Assembly (NCBI GenBank): GCA_036494925.1
Contig: DASXNR010000417.1
Span: 1 to 57,505 of the forward strand
Direction: 5' to 3'
From: Acetobacteraceae bacterium
Lineage (GTDB): Bacteria > Pseudomonadota > Alphaproteobacteria > Acetobacterales > Acetobacteraceae
DNA: 57,505 bases
Shown here piece after piece: positions 1 to 8,758 of the stretch; position 1 is the stretch's first letter; every line of letters starts with the position of its first letter. The notes below the pieces were generated by a model. That model saw only the letters and a list, made by a program, of their open reading frames with translations. It ran no database searches and was not told the origin of the DNA. The translations under genes and the position numbers were made by a program.

Positions 1-1
1 A

Positions 2-991
2 GCCGCCCTAGAGGCGGGCGATTCGGTCGCAGCCCTCCATTTCTGGCGTGAAGCCCTGGAGCGGTACCCAACGTTCGCAAGAACGGCCCATGATTCATTG
101 GAGGTGCCGCTCGGCCTCAGGCACTTCGATGAAGCTGAGGCATTGATGCAGGATGGCCAGAGGCGTGCACCGGGAGACATATTTTATGCAAGTGGCTACG
201 CGTTGACCGCCGAACGTCGTGGCGACACCGGAGAGGCAATCAACCGCTGGGGTTGGGTGCGCAAAAGATTTCCTGGCTCGTGGCAAGGTTATGTGAATGG
301 TGCGACGTGTCTAGGTCGGACGGGGCAACTTGAGGCTGCAGAAGCGCTGAGCCAACAAGCTATCAAGCTGTTTCCAAACGAGGTGCGGGGATGGATTAGT
401 TCGGCGCAGAGTGCCGAACGTCGGCGCGACTGGCCGGAAGCGATTCGCCGTTGGGAGATTGTCAGGGACAGATATAAACATATCATGGGCGATATAGGTG
501 TCGCCCGCGGTCTCGAGGAACTCGGTAGGATCGCGGAAGCGGAGGCACTGCTGAAAGAAGCGCAATTGCGTCGATCTATGGTACCTGAAATTGCAATTGG
601 GCTGGTTCGGTTGGCCGATTTACGCGGCGACACGGAAGAGGCCTTGCAACACTGCGCGGACGCACGGCGGCGATTCCCTTTATTAGCTTTTGGCTATCGG
701 GAAGGATTTCGACACCTGGCAAAGATGGCCCGTTACGAAGATGCTGAGATAATCCTGCTAGCGGCACTTGAGCGATTTCCGAAGGAAGCATGGCCGGCAG
801 TTGAGTATGCCGCACTGTCGCAGACGCGTCGCGACTGGGAGACAGCAGCGACACGTTGGGCCGCGGTGCGCGCAGCGTGGCCGGACCGGCAGGACGGATA
901 TCTCGGTGGCGCGGCGGCGAGCGCCGCGCTGGGACGGCAAGACGAGGCGGCGGAACTCAAGGCCGAACACCAGCTTCGGTTCCCCCGCTAG
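2..991 (+). CDS. TPR-repeat protein, 5' end truncated by window edge
   Basis: The frame of the 98..991 ORF stays open back to nt 2. Repeated helical units each carry an A-x-x-x-W-x-x-h-R-x-x-(F/Y/W)-P motif (ALHFWREALERYP, AINRWGWVRKRFP, AIRRWEIVRDRYK, ATRWAAVRAAWP). GC is visibly lower (about 57-60% in sampled stretches) than in neighbouring genes. Confidence 0.75.
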   Translation, partial: AALEAGDSVAALHFWREALERYPTFARTAHDSLEVPLGLRHFDEAEALMQDGQRRAPGDIFYASGYALTAERRGDTGEAINRWGWVRKRFPGSWQGYVNGATCLGRTGQLEAAEALSQQAIKLFPNEVRGWISSAQSAERRRDWPEAIRRWEIVRDRYKHIMGDIGVARGLEELGRIAEAEALLKEAQLRRSMVPEIAIGLVRLADLRGDTEEALQHCADARRRFPLLAFGYREGFRHLAKMARYEDAEIILLAALERFPKEAWPAVEYAALSQTRRDWETAATRWAAVRAAWPDRQDGYLGGAAASAALGRQDEAAELKAEHQLRFPR

Positions 992-1161
992 GCGAACGAT
1001 CCACTACCCACCCGCACGGACCCTTGGTCGGGATCTCTGGCCTTGGCCGCCTCCCGTTTCCGGACCCGTGGCTTTCTGTGACAAACGGACTATCTAGGCA
1101 TTAGCTGGCGTCTCACCGCCGGGCGACCGGCACCGCTTACGCGACTGGAAACCTCCACCCG

Positions 1162-2418
1162 ATGCCCCTGTCCCGCCCCTACCTCGACATGATCTCCCGC
1201 ACGCTGGGGATCGACGCGCGCACCGTCCTGCGCCAGGGGCAGACCTGCAAGCTGTGCGGCGGGTTCTCGCCCCCGTTCGACAGCCTCGACTTCTACAAAT
1301 ACTGCTCGCCCACCAACCCGTTCGCGTTCGGCTTCGCCGGCATCCAGGTGGATTACCGCCGCTGCGCGGACTGCGGCTTCCTGTTCACCGGCTTCTTCGA
1401 TGACTGGACCCCCGACGAGTTCGCCGCCTACGTCTACAACGCCGACTACGCGCGGATCGACTCCGAATACGCCGACATCCGCCCCGCCAACGTCTCCGCC
1501 ATGCTGGCCGAGCGCCTCGGCGCCTGGCGCGGCATCGATATGCTCGACTACGGCTCCGGCTCCGGCGCGTTCGCCCAGCACATGGCCGGCCACGGGTTCG
1601 CCGACATCAGCAACTACGATCCGTTCTCCAGCCCCGCGCGGCCGGACAAGAAGTTCAGCCTCATCACGTGCTTCGAGGTGATCGAGCACACCGTCTCGCC
1701 GCGCGCCTGCCTCGAGGACATGGCCTCGTTCCTGGCCCCCGGCGGCGCCATCGTGTTCTCCCAGCCGCTGCAGCCGGCGGACATCGCCACCATCCGCGGC
1801 GCCTGGTGGTATGTCGCGCCGCGCAACGGCCACGCCTCGATCTTCACCGCCGACGCGCTGGCCCGGCTGGCGGCCGACTGCGGGCTGGTGTTCCACTGCG
1901 GCGAGTGGCTGCACGGCTTCGCCCCGGCGGACGCCACCGCGACCTCGCGCGACATCCTGGCGACGATCGGCGCGCCCTACGCCTCGCTGCGGCTGGACGC
2001 GCCGGCGGACACCGCGGTGCGGACGGCGATGCGGGTGCCGCAGGCGGACGCCTGGCACGCGCTGGAGCAGGCCGGCGGGTTCCGCTTCCGCTGGACGCGC
2101 GCGGCGCGCATCGCGTGGAACGGCGTGCTGCCCGAGGCGTTCCCGTTGCGGCTGCGCATCGCGGTGCCGTTCCTCAACCAGGTGCGCGAGGGCTTCGCCG
2201 AGGCGTGCACCATCGAGGTGGGCGGCCAGGTGCTGACCCCGTCGCTGCGCGGCACCGAGCTGATCGCCGAGACGACGCTCGACGGGCCGGTGGAGAATAC
2301 CGTGGTGCTGTGCACGCCCGAGCCGGTCTCGCCGCGCGCGGTCCGCGACGCGCCGGACGATCGGCCGCTCGGGCTGGCGATCGCGGTGTATCCGTGGCTG
2401 CCGCCGCCGGACGCGTGA
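1162..2418 (+). CDS. class I SAM-dependent methyltransferase with N-terminal Cys4 zinc-ribbon-like motif and an uncharacterised C-terminal domain
   Basis: Motif I MLDYGSGSG. Post-I and later motifs ITCFEVIEH and LAPGGAIVFSQ. N-terminal CKLCGG...CADCGF pair. Confidence 0.85.
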   Translation: MPLSRPYLDMISRTLGIDARTVLRQGQTCKLCGGFSPPFDSLDFYKYCSPTNPFAFGFAGIQVDYRRCADCGFLFTGFFDDWTPDEFAAYVYNADYARIDSEYADIRPANVSAMLAERLGAWRGIDMLDYGSGSGAFAQHMAGHGFADISNYDPFSSPARPDKKFSLITCFEVIEHTVSPRACLEDMASFLAPGGAIVFSQPLQPADIATIRGAWWYVAPRNGHASIFTADALARLAADCGLVFHCGEWLHGFAPADATATSRDILATIGAPYASLRLDAPADTAVRTAMRVPQADAWHALEQAGGFRFRWTRAARIAWNGVLPEAFPLRLRIAVPFLNQVREGFAEACTIEVGGQVLTPSLRGTELIAETTLDGPVENTVVLCTPEPVSPRAVRDAPDDRPLGLAIAVYPWLPPPDA

Positions 2419-2475
2419 CCCGCGGCCGCGCCGCTCCTGACCTGCGCCGCGCCTGGGCCGGTGGCTGCCACAGTG

Positions 2476-2498
2476 CCCCCTCCCGCAAGGGGAGGGGG
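2476..2498. terminator. GC-rich hairpin between convergent genes (possible bidirectional terminator)
   Basis: CCCCCTCCC (2476-2484), loop GCAAG, GGGAGGGGG (2490-2498). Perfect 9-bp stem. It lies between the methyltransferase stop (2418) and the binding-protein stop (2516). There is no clear U-tract. Confidence 0.45.
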
Positions 2499-2515
2499 AA
2501 TTCGTGGCGGGACGG

Positions 2516-3682
2516 TCAGTAGCCGTACGACTCGGTGCCGACCTGCACCCAGTGGCCGTTCTTGACCTGGGCGAGGAAGGCCTCATTCGAGCCCTGATGC
2601 TTCGTCGCACTGAAGCTCATCGTCGGCGAACCAAAGATGTCCTTGTAGTCCTTGATGCTCTCCATCGCGGCGATGAAACTGTCAGCGCTGAGATCACGGC
2701 CAGCCTTCTGCAAGCCCAGCACCACCAGTTGCGCCGCCGAATAGCCGACCTGCGCGGCGAAGTTGGGCGGGTGTCCGAACAGCTTCTCATACCTCGTCGC
2801 GAATTCCCGCACCGCAGGACGCGGATCGCTCGGTTCGGCGAAAATCACCGACGTGGTGGTGTAGACCCCCTCGGTCACGCCACCGGGCACTTCCGCCACC
2901 GCCACGTCGTAGATCGCGACATTGCCCAGTACATCGACGTTCCATCCCGACTTGCGTATCGCCGAGACGATCTGCACGGTGTCCCGCACGATGGAGCCCA
3001 GCAGCACGAGGTCACAGTTGGCATCGTGCAGCTTGGCGACCGAGGCACTGAAGTCGGTGTCGGTCGGCTTGTGCAGCGTCTCCGCCACCAGCTGCATGTT
3101 CAGGACCTTCAATTCGTCCCGCGCACCGTCCATCACGTCACGGCCGAAGTCGGTGTCCTGCGACATCGCGCAGATCCGCTTCTTGCCGTATTTCTCGGCG
3201 AACAGCTTCACCCCGGCGCGCTCCATATCGTAGTACGACGCGGCGAAGCCGAACTTCATGTGGTTGAGCGGATAGTACATCGACCGTGCCGCGGTAAGCG
3301 GGAACATATTCGGCACGCCCTTGGCGATCTGTTCAGGCATGGTGGCGTTGTTCATCGGGGTGCCGCCGTTCGCCACCATCATGAACGCGTTGTCGCGATT
3401 GATCAGCTTGTTCGCTGCCTGCACCGCGCGCGGTACCTGGTACTGCATGTCCTCGACGATGTACTTGATCTTGCGGCCGTTGATGCCGCCTTCCGCGTTG
3501 GCTTCGTCGAACACCATGCGCCAGGCATTGGTGTTGTTGACACCCCACATCGCGGTCACGCCAGACAGGTCGGTGTAGGTGCCGATGACGATTTCGTTGT
3601 CGGTGACACGGGCGTTCTCTCCCGCCGTGGCCGGGACCGTGAGTGCGACGGCTGCGATCGCCGCGATGAACACGTTGCGCAT
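2516..3682 (-). CDS. ABC transporter substrate-binding protein, Leu/Ile/Val-binding (HAAT, LivJ/K-like) family, copy 1
   Basis: Signal peptide MRNVFIAAIAAVALTVPATA. Family-typical VIGTYTDLSGVTAMWG, GGINGRKIKYIVED, VMxGARDELK. About 70% identical by eye to the adjacent paralogue. Confidence 0.9.
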   Translation of the reverse strand: MRNVFIAAIAAVALTVPATAGENARVTDNEIVIGTYTDLSGVTAMWGVNNTNAWRMVFDEANAEGGINGRKIKYIVEDMQYQVPRAVQAANKLINRDNAFMMVANGGTPMNNATMPEQIAKGVPNMFPLTAARSMYYPLNHMKFGFAASYYDMERAGVKLFAEKYGKKRICAMSQDTDFGRDVMDGARDELKVLNMQLVAETLHKPTDTDFSASVAKLHDANCDLVLLGSIVRDTVQIVSAIRKSGWNVDVLGNVAIYDVAVAEVPGGVTEGVYTTTSVIFAEPSDPRPAVREFATRYEKLFGHPPNFAAQVGYSAAQLVVLGLQKAGRDLSADSFIAAMESIKDYKDIFGSPTMSFSATKHQGSNEAFLAQVKNGHWVQVGTESYGY

Positions 3683-3776
3683 GCGTCCCTACTCCCTCGC
3701 CGAATTGTTTCGGCTTTCCCGCGGCATCCGTCGGCGTTCGGCTACCGCAGTACGTGCCTCCTTTCCCGGTCGGCGA

Positions 3777-3800
3777 CCGGCCGGTGCGAACACCGGCCGG
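3777..3800 (-). terminator. perfect 10-bp GC hairpin between the two binding-protein genes (intra-operon attenuator or RNA-stabilising stem)
   Basis: CCGGCCGGTG (3777-3786), loop CGAA, CACCGGCCGG (3791-3800). It sits about 30 nt downstream of the stop of the 3831..4997 gene on the minus strand. No U-tract. Confidence 0.4.
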
Positions 3801-3830
3801 CCTGGAAAACGCGATGGTCCTGTTGTCGGC

Positions 3831-4997
3831 TCAGTAGCCGACCGGCGTCATGCTGACCGGCGCCCAGTGGCCGCCCTTCACCACGCACAGGAACGATTCG
3901 TTGGAACCCTGGTGGGTCGCACTGAAGCTCATCGCCGGCGAGCCGAAGATGTCGTGCCAGTCCTTGATGCTCTCCATGCCGGCGACGAAGCTGTCGGTCG
4001 TCAGGTCCTTGCCGGCATTCTTCAGCGCCTGCACGACAAGCTGCGCCGCCGTGTAGCCGATCTGCGCGGCGAAGTTCGGTTCCTTGCCGAACTCCTTCTT
4101 ATATTCCTCGGCGAACTTGGTCACCGCCGGACTGGAATCGCTGGCCGCGACGAACAGCACTGGCGTCATCGAGTAGAAGCCTTCCGTCACGCCGCCCGGC
4201 ACTTCGGCAACCGCCTCGTCATAGCTCGCGGCCTGGCCGAGCATTTCGACATTCCAGCCGATCTTGCGCACAGCAGAGACGATCTGAATGGTATCGCGGG
4301 TGATCGTGCCGAGCAGGATCAGGTCGCAGTTGGCTTCCTTCAACCGGGCCACCGACGCGCTGAAGTCGGTGTCGGTCGGCTTGTGCAGCGTCTGCGCCAC
4401 CAGCTTCAGGTTCATCGCCGCAAGCTGATCGTTGGCGCCCGCCATCACGTCGCGGCCGAAATCGGAGTCCTGCGACATCGCGCAGACCGCCTTGCTGTGG
4501 TGCTGCTCGACGAACGTCTTTACGCCGGAGCGCATCTGGTCATAGTACGAAGCCGCCAGACCGAACTTGAGGTGATGCAGCGGCTCGTACATCGAGCGCG
4601 CCGAGGTCAGCGGGAAGATGTTCGGCACACCCTTCGCGAGCTGGTCGGGCATCGTCGCGTTGTTCATCGGCGTGCCGCCGTTGGCGACCATCATGAACAC
4701 GTTGTCGCGGTTGATCAGCTTGTTCGCGGCCTGGACGGAACGAGGGACCTGATACTGATTGTCCTCTACGATGTACTTGATCTTGCGGCCGTTGATGCCG
4801 CCGGCGGCGTTGGTCGCGTCGAACACCATGCGCAGGGCATTGGAGTTGTTGACGCCCCACATCGCGGTCACGCCGGAGAGGTCGGTATAGGTGCCGATGA
4901 CGATCTCGTTGTCCGTCACGCCACGTTGGCTGTCCGCCGCCATGGCGGGACTGATCAGTGCGCTGGCGAGTGCCGCCGCGAATAGCCTGCTACGCAT
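3831..4997 (-). CDS. ABC transporter substrate-binding protein, Leu/Ile/Val-binding (HAAT) family, copy 2
   Basis: Signal peptide MRSRLFAAALASALISPAMA. Same conserved blocks as copy 1. Confidence 0.9.
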   Translation of the reverse strand: MRSRLFAAALASALISPAMAADSQRGVTDNEIVIGTYTDLSGVTAMWGVNNSNALRMVFDATNAAGGINGRKIKYIVEDNQYQVPRSVQAANKLINRDNVFMMVANGGTPMNNATMPDQLAKGVPNIFPLTSARSMYEPLHHLKFGLAASYYDQMRSGVKTFVEQHHSKAVCAMSQDSDFGRDVMAGANDQLAAMNLKLVAQTLHKPTDTDFSASVARLKEANCDLILLGTITRDTIQIVSAVRKIGWNVEMLGQAASYDEAVAEVPGGVTEGFYSMTPVLFVAASDSSPAVTKFAEEYKKEFGKEPNFAAQIGYTAAQLVVQALKNAGKDLTTDSFVAGMESIKDWHDIFGSPAMSFSATHQGSNESFLCVVKGGHWAPVSMTPVGY

Positions 4998-5011
4998 AGA
5001 ACTTCCTTCCT

Positions 5012-6151
5012 TCAGGTGCCGTACGCTTCTTGCATCAGGGCCTGGTAGCGCGGATCCAAGGCGGTGCCCCGTGCCGCCTGGCCGTCGATGGGTTGTATGG
5101 TGATGCCGAGCGCCGCGGCCCAGCTTTCGATCTCCGGCGCGAGCTTGGCCCCGCCGATATAGGCGCAGCGCAGCCGGCTAAGCCCGAGCTCGCGTTTGGC
5201 CGCGTGCAGCACGCACACGCGCGCCAGCAATGCCGTCGGCCCGCCTCGCGCACCCGCAGCGATAGCGCCGCGATACAGCATCCGCTGCACCGGCGTCGCG
5301 CCGGCCGCGGCGTTGCTGATGCGGGCATGCAGCAGTTGCCAGATATGCGGGTCGGTCGCCAGGACGGTGGGCTGCACCTCCTGAAGGTTCTCGATCGCTG
5401 TATCAGGATTCTCCAGGTAATTGCTGATCACCCGCGCGTCGAGCGAAAGATACAGACCCAGCACGCGCTCCATGACATGGCACATCGGCAGCAGCGCCAG
5501 CCGCTCGTCGCCCGCGCGCAGCGGCAGCAGCGAGCGCGTATTGGCGATCAGGTGCAGCGCGTCGCCATGAGTCAGCGTTTGACCCGCGCCGGTGCGTGGC
5601 AATAACAGTACCGCCGGTTGGTCGGCAGCGATTGCCGCGACACCGGCGTCCCAGTCACCGTCATTGCTCGCCCGCGCAACGAACGATTGCAGGCTTTCGC
5701 ACATCGGATCGGCGAAATCGCGCAGGCCTTTCATGTCGATGATGACGATGCGCTGCAGCGCGGGACAGCGCTCGCGCACCAGCAACACCTTGTCGAGCTG
5801 TTCGTCGTTCTCCACGAACAGTACGCGGCAACGCGCATCGCGCAGCGCCTGGCCGAGCGGTTCGGCTTCCTGCTCGGGATGGATGCCGCCGCTCACGCCA
5901 CCGGCGCTGAGGATGGCAAGGTCGATATGGACCCATTCCGGGCGCGTTTCGGCCAGCACGCAGGCGACGTCACCGGGACGGAAGCCGATCGCCTTCAGAC
6001 CCAGCCCCACATCGCGCACCAGCGCATCAAGCTGTGCCCAGGTGGTGGCCTTCCAGATGCCGTGATCCTTTTTGCGCAGCACGATGTCGCTGCCATGCGC
6101 CGCGACCCGCGCGGCGAGGACCGCGGGTATGCTCGCCGGATTCAGTGCCAC
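5012..6151 (-). CDS. AMP-binding (acyl-CoA synthetase, ANL superfamily)-like protein, short and with degenerate adenylation motifs
   Basis: N-terminal region resembles fatty-acid-CoA ligases (GDVACVLAETRPEWVHIDLAILSAGGV). The expected T-S/G-G-T-T-G-x-P-K-G position reads LPRTGAGQT. It is only 379 aa, so there is no C-terminal subdomain. It is embedded in the ABC operon and its start overlaps the LivF-like gene end. Confidence 0.75.
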   Translation of the reverse strand: MALNPASIPAVLAARVAAHGSDIVLRKKDHGIWKATTWAQLDALVRDVGLGLKAIGFRPGDVACVLAETRPEWVHIDLAILSAGGVSGGIHPEQEAEPLGQALRDARCRVLFVENDEQLDKVLLVRERCPALQRIVIIDMKGLRDFADPMCESLQSFVARASNDGDWDAGVAAIAADQPAVLLLPRTGAGQTLTHGDALHLIANTRSLLPLRAGDERLALLPMCHVMERVLGLYLSLDARVISNYLENPDTAIENLQEVQPTVLATDPHIWQLLHARISNAAAGATPVQRMLYRGAIAAGARGGPTALLARVCVLHAAKRELGLSRLRCAYIGGAKLAPEIESWAAALGITIQPIDGQAARGTALDPRYQALMQEAYGT

Positions 6152-6921
6152 AGCCGCTTCCTCTTCCAGCGCCGCTGGCCACGGATCCCGGTATCCTTCT
6201 GGCCCAGATAGAATTCCTTGATGGCGTCGGACTGCATCAGTTTCGCGCAGTCATCGGCCAGCACGATGCGGCCGACCTCCAGCACGTAGCCGAACTGCGC
6301 GGTTCGCAGTGCCATGTGGGCGTTCTGTTCCACCAGCAGGATGGCGACGCCTTGTTCGTCGTTGATGCGGCGGATGATGCGGAAGATCTGCGTGACCAGG
6401 ATCGGCGACAGGCCGAGCGAAGGTTCGTCGAGCAGCAGCAGCTTCGGCCGGCCCATCAGCGCACGGCTGATCGACAGCATTTGCTGCTCACCGCCGGACA
6501 GCAGACCGGCACGCTGGTGCGAACGTTCCTGGAGCACCGGGAAGTAGCCGTAACACAGCTCCAGATCGCGATGCACCGCGTCCTTGTCGCGCCGCGTGTA
6601 GGAACCCATCATCAGGTTCTCTTGCACCGTCAAAAAGGGGAAGACCTCACGGCCTTCCGGCACATGACAGATGCCGAGGCGCATGACGCGATCGGGCGGC
6701 AGGTGGTTGATATCGGTCCCCTCGAAGCGTACCGCGCCACGTTCCGCGTCGAGCACGCCGGAGATGGTGCGCAGCACGGTGGTCTTGCCGGCGCCATTGG
6801 CACCAAGGACGGTGACGATCTGGCCTTGCGCCACCTGCAGACTGACACCGCGGATCGCCTGGATCGGACCGTAGAAGGTCTCGATGGCGGTGACGTCGAG
6901 GAGTGGCGATGCGGCGCTCAT
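6142..6921 (-). CDS. HAAT-family ABC transporter ATP-binding protein (LivF-like)
   Basis: Walker A GANGAGKTT, signature LSGGEQQML, Walker B LLLLDEPS. Basic C-terminal tail. Confidence 0.9.
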   Translation of the reverse strand: MSAASPLLDVTAIETFYGPIQAIRGVSLQVAQGQIVTVLGANGAGKTTVLRTISGVLDAERGAVRFEGTDINHLPPDRVMRLGICHVPEGREVFPFLTVQENLMMGSYTRRDKDAVHRDLELCYGYFPVLQERSHQRAGLLSGGEQQMLSISRALMGRPKLLLLDEPSLGLSPILVTQIFRIIRRINDEQGVAILLVEQNAHMALRTAQFGYVLEVGRIVLADDCAKLMQSDAIKEFYLGQKDTGIRGQRRWKRKRLWH

Positions 6922-7682
6922 CCCTCACCCCCAATGTAGGCCCGCACCACCTCGGGATGGTTCTGCACCTCGTTCGGCGTACCGAGGGCAATGACCTTGC
7001 CATAGTTCAGCGCCATCACCCGGTCGGACACCATGCGGACAAGGTTCATGTCGTGCTCAACCATGATGACAGTGATGCCGAGGTCCTTCTTGATGTCCTC
7101 GATCCAGAAACCCATTCCTTCGGTCTCCTCGACGTTCAGGCCCGAGGACGGTTCATCCAGCAACAGCAGCTTTGGTTCGACGCACAGCGCGCGGCCGAGT
7201 TCGACCACCTTGCGCACGCCGTACGGCAGGTTGGCGATCAGCGTGTCGCGATAGCGTTCGAGCCCGAGGAAGGCGATCACCTCCTCCACCTTCTCGCGAT
7301 GCTTCAGTTCCGCGCGCCGCACCGCAGGGGTAAAGATGACCTGGGACAGCACGCCCACGGTCGAATGACAATGTCGGCCGATCAGCAGGTTCTGCAGCAG
7401 CGTGGCATTGGCGAACAGTTCGATATTCTGGAATGTGCGTGCGATGCCCAGGCCGGCGATGCGGTACGCCGGAACCGCGGTGATGTCCTGGTCCTGGAAG
7501 ATCAGCCTTCCCGCACTCGGCTGATAGATCCGGCTGATCAGGTTGAAGATCGTCGTCTTGCCGGCGCCGTTCGGACCGATGATCGAGAACACCTCGCCCG
7601 GCTCGACATCGAAACTCACCGCATCCACCGCACGGATGCCGCCGAAGCGGATCGCGATGTCCTCGGCGCGGAACAGGCTCAC
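6918..7682 (-). CDS. HAAT-family ABC transporter ATP-binding protein (LivG-like)
   Basis: Walker A GPNGAGKTT, LPYGVRKVVELGRAL, Walker B LLLLDEPSSG. GTG start at 7682 overlaps the upstream permease stop (GTGA). The 753-aa track ORF is a run-on upstream extension. Confidence 0.85.
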   Translation of the reverse strand: MSLFRAEDIAIRFGGIRAVDAVSFDVEPGEVFSIIGPNGAGKTTIFNLISRIYQPSAGRLIFQDQDITAVPAYRIAGLGIARTFQNIELFANATLLQNLLIGRHCHSTVGVLSQVIFTPAVRRAELKHREKVEEVIAFLGLERYRDTLIANLPYGVRKVVELGRALCVEPKLLLLDEPSSGLNVEETEGMGFWIEDIKKDLGITVIMVEHDMNLVRMVSDRVMALNYGKVIALGTPNEVQNHPEVVRAYIGGEG

Positions 7683-8755
7683 CGCAGCCGCTCCGAACGC
7701 GCATACGACTTCTGCCGGCGGAAGCCGGTGCGGCGCTTCAGCGGGTAGGCCTGGAACCATTGCTTCATCTTGATCCAGCGGCCGTAGATACCGCCCGGTT
7801 CGAACAGGATCACAATCACCAGCACGAGGCCGTACAGCGATGGCTCCAGGCCCGGCATGCGCCCGATGCCGAATGGCAGGTCGTCGCGCATGATGGCGAT
7901 GAACTGCGGCAACAGGCGGACGAACAGCGCGCCAAGGATGACGCCGTGCAGCGAGCCCAGCCCGCCGACGAACACGATGGTGACGAACTGCACCGACAGC
8001 AGAACATCGAACGCGTCGGGTGCCAGGAAGCGCACGTAATGGGCGAACAGCGCGCCCGCCAGGCCGGTGATGAAGGCGCTGAGCGCGAACGCGAAGGTCT
8101 TGTAGCGCGCCAGATGGATGCCCATGCTCTGCGCCGAAATCTCGCTGTCGCGGATCGCCACCATGGCGCGGCCCAGCGGCGTGCGCAGGATGTTGGCGGA
8201 GAACCACAGCACGATCACCAGCACCGCGAGCGATAGATAATAGATGCCGGTCGCGTTCTGGATCGGTACGCCGAAGATGTCGGGTGCCGGCACCGCGAAA
8301 CCATCGAAGCCGCCGGTGACGGCATCCCATTTCTGAAACACCGTACCGACGATACTGCCGAACGCCAGTGTGGCGATCGCGAGGTACAGGCCGCTCATGC
8401 GCAGTGTCGGCAGGCCGATCGCGATGCCGAACAGGCCGGTGAACAGGCCGGCGACCGGCAACGCGATCAGCAGCGGCACGCCGTGGGTGAGCAGTATCGC
8501 ATCGGTGTAGGCCCCGATGCCTAGGAATGCGGCGTTGCCCAGGCTGATCAGGCCGGTGTAGCCGGCGAGCAGCATCATGCCGACGCCGGCGACCGCGAAC
8601 ACGAACACACCGCCGAGTTCGCCGACATAGAACTCGCTCAGCACATAGGGGATCACCAGCAGCACAACGACCAGCAGGCCGTACCAGAACAGATCGCCGC
8701 GGTGGCGCCACAGCGTGGTGTCCTGCCGGTAGTCGGTCTTGAACAGGTAGCGCAT
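7679..8755 (-). CDS. HAAT-family ABC transporter permease (LivM-like)
   Basis: Polytopic membrane protein with typical LISLGNAAFLGIGAY block. Operon position between the LivH-like and LivG-like genes. Confidence 0.9.
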   Translation of the reverse strand: MRYLFKTDYRQDTTLWRHRGDLFWYGLLVVVLLVIPYVLSEFYVGELGGVFVFAVAGVGMMLLAGYTGLISLGNAAFLGIGAYTDAILLTHGVPLLIALPVAGLFTGLFGIAIGLPTLRMSGLYLAIATLAFGSIVGTVFQKWDAVTGGFDGFAVPAPDIFGVPIQNATGIYYLSLAVLVIVLWFSANILRTPLGRAMVAIRDSEISAQSMGIHLARYKTFAFALSAFITGLAGALFAHYVRFLAPDAFDVLLSVQFVTIVFVGGLGSLHGVILGALFVRLLPQFIAIMRDDLPFGIGRMPGLEPSLYGLVLVIVILFEPGGIYGRWIKMKQWFQAYPLKRRTGFRRQKSYARSERLR

Positions 8756-8758
8756 GGC

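Noticed and set aside
1090-2610. 506-aa minus-strand ORF opposite the methyltransferase
   Set aside because: The translation is an Arg/Gly/Ala-rich shadow frame. The plus-strand product has clear SAM-methyltransferase motifs.
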